Assembly: GCA_964586635.1 (NCBI GenBank)
Contig: CAZPGN010000003.1
Coordinates: 8,945-72,944 of the forward strand
Direction: 5' to 3'
DNA length: 64,000 nt
From: an uncultured Candidatus Saccharibacteria bacterium
Lineage (GTDB): Bacteria; Patescibacteriota; Minisyncoccia; Phycocordibacterales; CAZPGN01
Shown here: positions 58,692-64,000 of the stretch, one piece after another
How positions within the stretch are numbered: the first letter of the stretch is position 1
Layout of the letters: each line of letters starts with the position of its first letter
The notes under the pieces: generated by a model
Seen by the model: the letters and a program-made list of their open reading frames with translations, nothing else
What the model was told of the DNA's origin: nothing
Databases searched by the model: none
Made by a program: the position numbers and the translations under genes

Positions 58692-59198
58692 ATTTCACTT
58701 TCTGGAATGTTGTGAATCCCCACGTAGCGAGCGGATTTTCCGCACTACGCGAGCCCACTTATTATTCGTTGGTTCATTTGTGCTTTCAGTATTCTAAAAG
58801 TTGTCCATCAGTTAAACCAACGACATAGTCGGAGGATACCGACTGTGGTTTCGTCCTTCCCATTAAGTAATTATATCAGATAGATTACCGCATGGTACTA
58901 CGACTCAGCTGACTTCTCGTGTGCATAACTTTCCACTAACACACGAGATCTCCCTGGGTCATTTGCCAAACTGTTCCGAACATCCTGATCGTGATTTTTC
59001 ATTGATACTTCCCCGTGACTCACCGCACGGGTCGCACCATCACTGTGGTGATCAGGCTGCTTTTTGCTACTAGGATCCTTCAGCCCTCGTCTCACGACAG
59101 GGGGCCTATCCGTTAACTACACACTATTCCTAACTGTGATGAATAGTGGGATCGATTCTAACGATCTAGCTTGACAAACTGCCAGGCGCATTTCATTT
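58692..59198 (-). ncRNA. Group II (IIC-like) intron between 16S positions equivalent to E. coli A1398 and C1399
   Basis: Splits TTGTACTCA|CCGCCCGTC; TGCGCCTGGC near the 5' end; AGAAGTCAGC.GAGTCGTAGTACC...GGGAAGGACGAAAC domain III; domain V 58719-58753 with CGC triad and 2-nt bulge; ends in AT; EBS loop CGGTGAGT. Confidence 0.85.
58745..58863 (-). pseudogene. Internally deleted LAGLIDADG homing endonuclease remnant in intron domain IV
   Basis: ATG 58863 gives MGRTKPQSVSSDYVVGLTDGQLLEY*; a shifted frame gives FRILKAQMNQRIISGLA*. Confidence 0.6.
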
Positions 59199-60206
59199 TG
59201 AGTACAAGGCTCGGGAACGTATTCACCGCAGTATAGCTGACCTGCGATTACTAGCGATTCCGGCTTCATGGAGTCGAGTTGCAGCCTCCAATCCGAACTG
59301 AGGCCGTCTTTTGAGATTAGCTCCGGGTCGCCCCATTGCAACTCTCTGTAACGGCCATTGTATCATGCGTGTAGCCCAAGACATCAAGGGTCATGCTGAC
59401 TTGGCGTCATCCTCACTTCCTCTCTGGCAAGCAGAGCAGTCCCGCCTGACATGTAAAACAGGCAGCAAGGGTTGCGTTCGTTACCCCACTGAAGGGTACA
59501 ATTCAAACCACGAACTGACGACAGCCATGCAACACCTGCCCAACCGTCCTTGTGAGAAAGGTATGATTTCTCATACCCGTCGTTTGGGTTTCTAGCCTTG
59601 GTAAGGTTCTTCGTTTACCATCGAATTAAACCGCATGATCCACCGCTTGTGCGAGCCCCCGTCTATTCCTTTGAGTTTTAGCCTTGCGGCCGTAATTCCC
59701 AGGCGGTCCGCTTAACGCGTTAGCTTTGCCTCTCAGAGGGTCGATACTCCGAAAAGCGAGCGGACAACGTTTAGGGCATGGACTACTGGGGTATCTAATC
59801 CCATTCGCTACCCATGCTTTCGTGTTTCAGCGTCAGAAACGCGCCAGTCTGCTGCCTTCGCCTTTGGTGTTCCCCATGATATTAACGGATTTCACCCCTA
59901 CACCATGAGTTCCGCAGACCTCTCACGCTCTCAAGTCCGGCCGTTTCTCCCGCACCTCCTCGGTTGAGCCGAGGGTTTTAACGAGAGACTAACCGGACCG
60001 CCTACACACCCTTTACGCCCAATAATTCCGGATAACGCTTGGGGCACTCGTATTACCGCTGCTGCTGGCACGAGTTTAGCAACCCCTTATTCATGAGGTA
60101 CCATCACGCCGGAAAAACCGGATTTCTCCCTCATAAAAGATGTTTACAACCCGAAGGCCTTCATCCATCACGCGGCGTCGCTCCGTCAGGCTTTCGCCCA
60201 TTGCGG

Positions 60207-60237
<31 letters not shown>

Positions 60238-60540
60238 ATGGTCCGTGTCGCAGTACCATCGGTGGGGGTCAGGCTCTCACCTCCCCTAGGCGTCGTCGCC
60301 TTGGTAGGCCATTACCCTACCAACTAGCTGATACCCCGCAGGCCGTTCCTCAAGCGATAAATCTTTACTCTTGCGAGACCATCGGGAATTATCCGATCTT
60401 TCGACCGGTTATGCCCGACTTGAGGGGACGTTCCTACGTATTACTACCTCGTTCGCCGTGGGTCTAAACCCACTCGACTTGCATGCCTTATCCACGCCGC
60501 CAGCGTTCATCCTGAGCTAGGATCAAACTCTCAATGTTTC

Positions 60541-60562
60541 AGAACGAAACAAAAGAAAGCGC
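60541..60562. repeat. Upstream arm of the pre-16S processing stem
   Basis: 22-bp perfect complement of 58401-58422; GTGGATAT 60601-60608 also pairs with ATATCCAC 58387-58394. Confidence 0.85.
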
Positions 60563-60614
60563 ACTGAATCTCGGGGGCAATTGCTAGAGTCCCCCGAGAA
60601 GTGGATATATTTTA

Positions 60615-60661
60615 TTTTCAAAGGACGCTGACCATTATATGCCCCGATTGATTTAAGTCAA
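60615..60661 (-). promoter_or_regulatory. rRNA promoter and boxA-like antitermination site
   Basis: TTGACT (60661-60656), 16 nt, TATAAT (60639-60634), then GTCCTTTGAAAA (60626-60615); the -35 lies in the last codons of secF. Confidence 0.8.
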
Positions 60662-61540
60662 GGAACGCGACTGCGGCCAAAGGATGTGCCACATGACGAG
60701 CAGTGGGCTGGCAAAAAAGATGGATGAGTATGTCCCCGCAACCATGCCGAGAACAAGCGCGAGCGCAAAGAGGCGCGTTGCTTCACTGCCGAAAACAAGG
60801 AGTGCAGAGAGAACCAATATGGTCGTAAAGGATGTGTTAAATGAGCGGTTATAAGTTTGCGAGATGCTCGTGCCGACAAGCTCGGCGAAGTCTCGAGACG
60901 ACCGCTCACGAAGATTTTCACGAATCCTATCGAATACTACTATAGTATCGCTCACAGAGAGGCCAAGGATAGCGAGAAGCGCCGTAAGGTACAGACTATC
61001 GATCTCGAATCCGGCGGCGGCAAAAATACCGGTTGGAATGAGAACATCATGCGCAAGCGCAATAACTGCGGCAACACCATATTTCCACGAGGAGACAGGG
61101 CGAGACACTTTTCTAAATACGAACGCGATGTATACGATAATGAGCGTTACAACGCCGAGGATCGCATATGTCCCCTTGCGCCGCAATTCCTCTCCGATGA
61201 CGGGGCCGATCGAAGTGTAGCGCACCTCCGTATACTCGCCGAGATTTCGAATAGTTCCAGCCAATCGCCCCCGTTCATCTTCGGTAAGCGAATGTGTCTT
61301 AATAATTATTCCTCTGTCGTCGGTCGGTATGATGGTTGCGTCTGAAAATCCGTAAAAACCAAGTTCATCAGACATAAGCGCCTTACCTGGACGCTCTACG
61401 GAAAACTCGACTTCATAAAGAGTTCCCCCGGTAAAGTCTATTCCCAGATTGAGGCCATAGTAACCTATAGAGAACGCGGCAAGCGCCATGAATAGAAATG
61501 ACAGGCCGAGGAAAACTTTTGAATTTCTAATGACAAACAT
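60653..61540 (-). CDS. secF: Protein translocase subunit SecF
   Basis: GLNLGIDFTGGT, IGPVIGEEL, AL.HD, DTIVVFDRIREN, RS.NTS.T, GTYSSIF.ASP. Confidence 0.95.
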   Translation of the reverse strand: MFVIRNSKVFLGLSFLFMALAAFSIGYYGLNLGIDFTGGTLYEVEFSVERPGKALMSDELGFYGFSDATIIPTDDRGIIIKTHSLTEDERGRLAGTIRNLGEYTEVRYTSIGPVIGEELRRKGTYAILGVVTLIIVYIAFVFRKVSRPVSSWKYGVAAVIALAHDVLIPTGIFAAAGFEIDSLYLTALLAILGLSVSDTIVVFDRIRENLRERSSRDFAELVGTSISQTYNRSFNTSFTTILVLSALLVFGSEATRLFALALVLGMVAGTYSSIFFASPLLVMWHILWPQSRSLT

Positions 61541-61544
61541 GGTA

Positions 61545-62849
61545 TTACAAAATCGGAATAAAATGGCGGGGTGCGAACACGCCTGTGGCGACCATCGCGC
61601 GCAAAAAAGTTCGTGTTAAAACGAGTCCCGTAAACATGCTGACGATTACTCCCACACCAAACACGAGCGCAAAGCCTTCGATTAAGCTGCTTCCGAACCA
61701 GAACAAAATAACGGCCGTGATAATGCTTGATATGTTGCTGTCGCGAATCGACAGCCAGGCCCGTCGGAATCCGTCTGTTATTGCGTCATCGAGTGTTTTG
61801 CCGCGACGAAGTTCTTCTTTCATGCGTTCAAAGATGAGAACATTCGCGTCAACGGCAAGCCCGATAGACAGGATGAATCCCGCGATGCCCGCCGATGTGA
61901 GCGTAACAGGCACGAGTTTGAAAACCGCAAGCATGATAAGGATATAAATCGTGAGGGATGCGGAGGCAACTATTCCCGGTATCCGATACCAAACCAACAG
62001 AAAGAGCGCAACGGCAAGAAGGCCGTACACACCAGCCCGAACGCCTTTCAGAAGAGCCGGAGCACCAAGCGTAGCGCCAACATGCTGTGTCGAGAGCAAC
62101 TCGATCGGTACTGGCAGGGCGCCTGAATTCAAGCGTCCAGCAAGTTCGCGCGCCGACCGAGCATCGAAGTTTCCGCTTATGACCGCCTCGCCGCTTGTAA
62201 TAACATCCTGAACGATTGGTACAGAGATCGGCTGGCCATCCAAAAAGATCGCGACCTGTTTGCCGATATGGGTATTAGTAATTTCAGAAAAGAGCCGTGC
62301 GCCCTCGGTATCAAAATTGAGAACAACAACCGGCGTCGATTGCCCTATACCACTTTGCTGACTGAATTGAACAGAGGCGCGTTTTAAAAATCGTCCGTTA
62401 AGCGCTGTCGGCACGAATTGCTCTGAAGACCCTTCCGGCGCGGGTATCCTAAACTCAAGGAAGGGCGTTTCGCCAATGAGTCGTATCGCCTCGCCAACAT
62501 TTGTTATCCCGGGCAATTCGACAATGAGACGATACTCCTTGTCATCGCCAAAACCTGATTTTTCCGACTGCACAACCGGCTCACTAACGCCGAACAGATT
62601 CACTCGCCGCTCAATGACATCGCGGAGCGCATCTATTGATCCTTTAATTTCTCCTGTGGCTATTCCCGATATATCTGCCCGATACAGGAGCTGGGTTCCA
62701 CCTTGCAAATCGAGACCGAACGAGAATGCAAATCGCCCCAAAGCTCCTTCCGGAGACGATTCTGAACGGTACAAGAAAAAACCAACTCCAACCGCGCAAA
62801 GCAGAACGAGTATTGCCATGGCGCGAACAGTTGCGGTGCTTACATTCAT
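61545..62849 (-). CDS. secD: Protein translocase subunit SecD
   Basis: GLDLQGG, RRVNLFGVSEP, VELPG, SGALP, G.AVDANVLIFER.KEE, I.DSN. Confidence 0.95.
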   Translation of the reverse strand: MNVSTATVRAMAILVLLCAVGVGFFLYRSESSPEGALGRFAFSFGLDLQGGTQLLYRADISGIATGEIKGSIDALRDVIERRVNLFGVSEPVVQSEKSGFGDDKEYRLIVELPGITNVGEAIRLIGETPFLEFRIPAPEGSSEQFVPTALNGRFLKRASVQFSQQSGIGQSTPVVVLNFDTEGARLFSEITNTHIGKQVAIFLDGQPISVPIVQDVITSGEAVISGNFDARSARELAGRLNSGALPVPIELLSTQHVGATLGAPALLKGVRAGVYGLLAVALFLLVWYRIPGIVASASLTIYILIMLAVFKLVPVTLTSAGIAGFILSIGLAVDANVLIFERMKEELRRGKTLDDAITDGFRRAWLSIRDSNISSIITAVILFWFGSSLIEGFALVFGVGVIVSMFTGLVLTRTFLRAMVATGVFAPRHFIPIL

Positions 62850-62861
62850 GTGGTCTGCATT

Positions 62862-63683
62862 CTACTCTGCAAGAAAAACATTTTCAAATAAACACGCCAC
62901 AGTGAGCGGCCCAACTCCTCCAGGCACAGGCGTATAGTAGGATGATTTTGCATAACAATCCGGTTCAATATCGCCCGAGAGCGCTCCCCCATGCCCTGCG
63001 CCAGCGCTCGTGCCGGCATCGATAAGCACTGTCCCGTCAGTGACCATATCTGGCGTAATAAGATGGGGAGTTCCGGCGCCAGACACAATTAGTTGGGCCG
63101 TCCGGGTGAGAGCGCCAATATCCGCTGTCAGAATGTCAGCGACTTCCACTTTGGCGCCTTTTTGTCGCAACCATTCTGCAACCGGCATACCGACGAGGCG
63201 CCCGCGCCCCACAACAACCGCGCTCTTTCCGGACAATTCCCAACCAATGTGCTGAAGTATCGAACGCACCGCTCCAGCAACGGGTGGTGTCATTGGATTC
63301 TTTCGGAGAACAAAACGCGCATAGCTCTCGTTCGAAAGCACATCAACATCTCGTTCGGTCGGTATCGAATTGAGCACTAGCGTAGTGTCGATATGTTTTG
63401 GAAGAGGCAGTTGCACGACACAGGGAGTATTGACTTCAGCAACCATGCCTCGAAGCGTTTCTGTGCTCGTATCCATTGACAAATGCGCTTCTTCGAAGTG
63501 AGCCCCAACAGATCGAGCGAATTTCTGCTTCACGCGCGTAAAGCGCTCCGAGACCGCATCATCACCGACACGAAAAACAATAAGCCGCGGCGGAGAATGC
63601 CGCGCCGCGACTTCGGAGGCAAGTCGCTCGGCGATCTCGGCGGCAAGCGCCGCGCCATCGATTTTTTGTGGCAAGTTCGGCAT
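62862..63683 (-). CDS. folD: Methylenetetrahydrofolate dehydrogenase/cyclohydrolase
   Basis: IDG..LA, VQLPLP, DVD, VVGRGRLVG.P, IDAG, GD, TPVPGGVGPLTVACL. Confidence 0.9.
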   Translation of the reverse strand: MPNLPQKIDGAALAAEIAERLASEVAARHSPPRLIVFRVGDDAVSERFTRVKQKFARSVGAHFEEAHLSMDTSTETLRGMVAEVNTPCVVQLPLPKHIDTTLVLNSIPTERDVDVLSNESYARFVLRKNPMTPPVAGAVRSILQHIGWELSGKSAVVVGRGRLVGMPVAEWLRQKGAKVEVADILTADIGALTRTAQLIVSGAGTPHLITPDMVTDGTVLIDAGTSAGAGHGGALSGDIEPDCYAKSSYYTPVPGGVGPLTVACLFENVFLAE

Positions 63684-63697
63684 GGTAGGATGGTACC

Positions 63698-64000
63698 ATG
63701 GAATTGAAATCCTTCGCGAACGCACTTGAAGCAGAATTGGCTATTGCCGCAGACCTTTCGTTTTTGCTTGAGGAATACGCGGCGAAAAACAAACCCGTAC
63801 TGCTCGCTCTCTCGGGCGGTTCATCGCTTGGATTTCTTGACGGTGTGACCAACAAATCCTTTGGCTCACATCTTACTATCATGCCGATCGACGAACGCTA
63901 TGACCCGACAGGGAAAGAGAGCAATTTTGAGAAGCTTGTGGAGAGCGATTTTTTCGCCCGAGCACGCAGTGCGGGAGCGGATGCGATAGACACGCGCGCG
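63698..64000 (+). CDS. 6-phosphogluconolactonase / glucosamine-6-phosphate isomerase family (runs off window edge)
   Basis: Manual translation MELKSF...PVLLALSGGSS...IDERY...ESNF. Confidence 0.72.
   Translation, partial: MELKSFANALEAELAIAADLSFLLEEYAAKNKPVLLALSGGSSLGFLDGVTNKSFGSHLTIMPIDERYDPTGKESNFEKLVESDFFARARSAGADAIDTRA

Noticed and set aside
58692-59198. Group I intron interpretation of the 16S insertion
   Set aside because: The exon ends in A rather than U, the intron ends in AT rather than G, and group II domains III and V are evident

Overview
Window from a Patescibacteria (CPR), probably Parcubacteria-like, chromosome. Evidence: divergent 16S with the GGAATAGACGG signature, 16S unlinked from 23S, short SecD, a CPR-type VirD4/TraG-like ATPase, a lamin-tail protein, and TGA used as stop. 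About 50 kb (1-50.5 kb) is one very large surface-glycan locus: APS reductase plus UDP-sulfoquinovose synthase, NeuB/NeuC, GDP-heptose enzymes, a C-methyltransferase, split transketolase, many GT2/GT4/GT9/GT-C and methyltransferase genes, two or three flippase types, and four paralogues of an uncharacterised GT-B family. Housekeeping genes follow (rsmI, murC, murD, tRNA-Ile, 16S rRNA, secF, secD, folD). The strongest non-obvious signals are: (1) a 507-nt group IIC-like intron in the 16S decoding region, with a 5'-terminal extension, no evident branch-point A, and an internally deleted LAGLIDADG ORF; (2) a 16S 3' tail lacking the anti-Shine-Dalgarno core, with -10 boxes 6-11 nt upstream of many start codons, including a symmetric back-to-back pair; (3) an internally deleted RAYT transposase flanked by 21-bp inverted REP-like repeats, with two more copies inside a ~70-bp element repeated 31.5 kb apart. 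All protein calls come from motif recognition by eye, not database searches.
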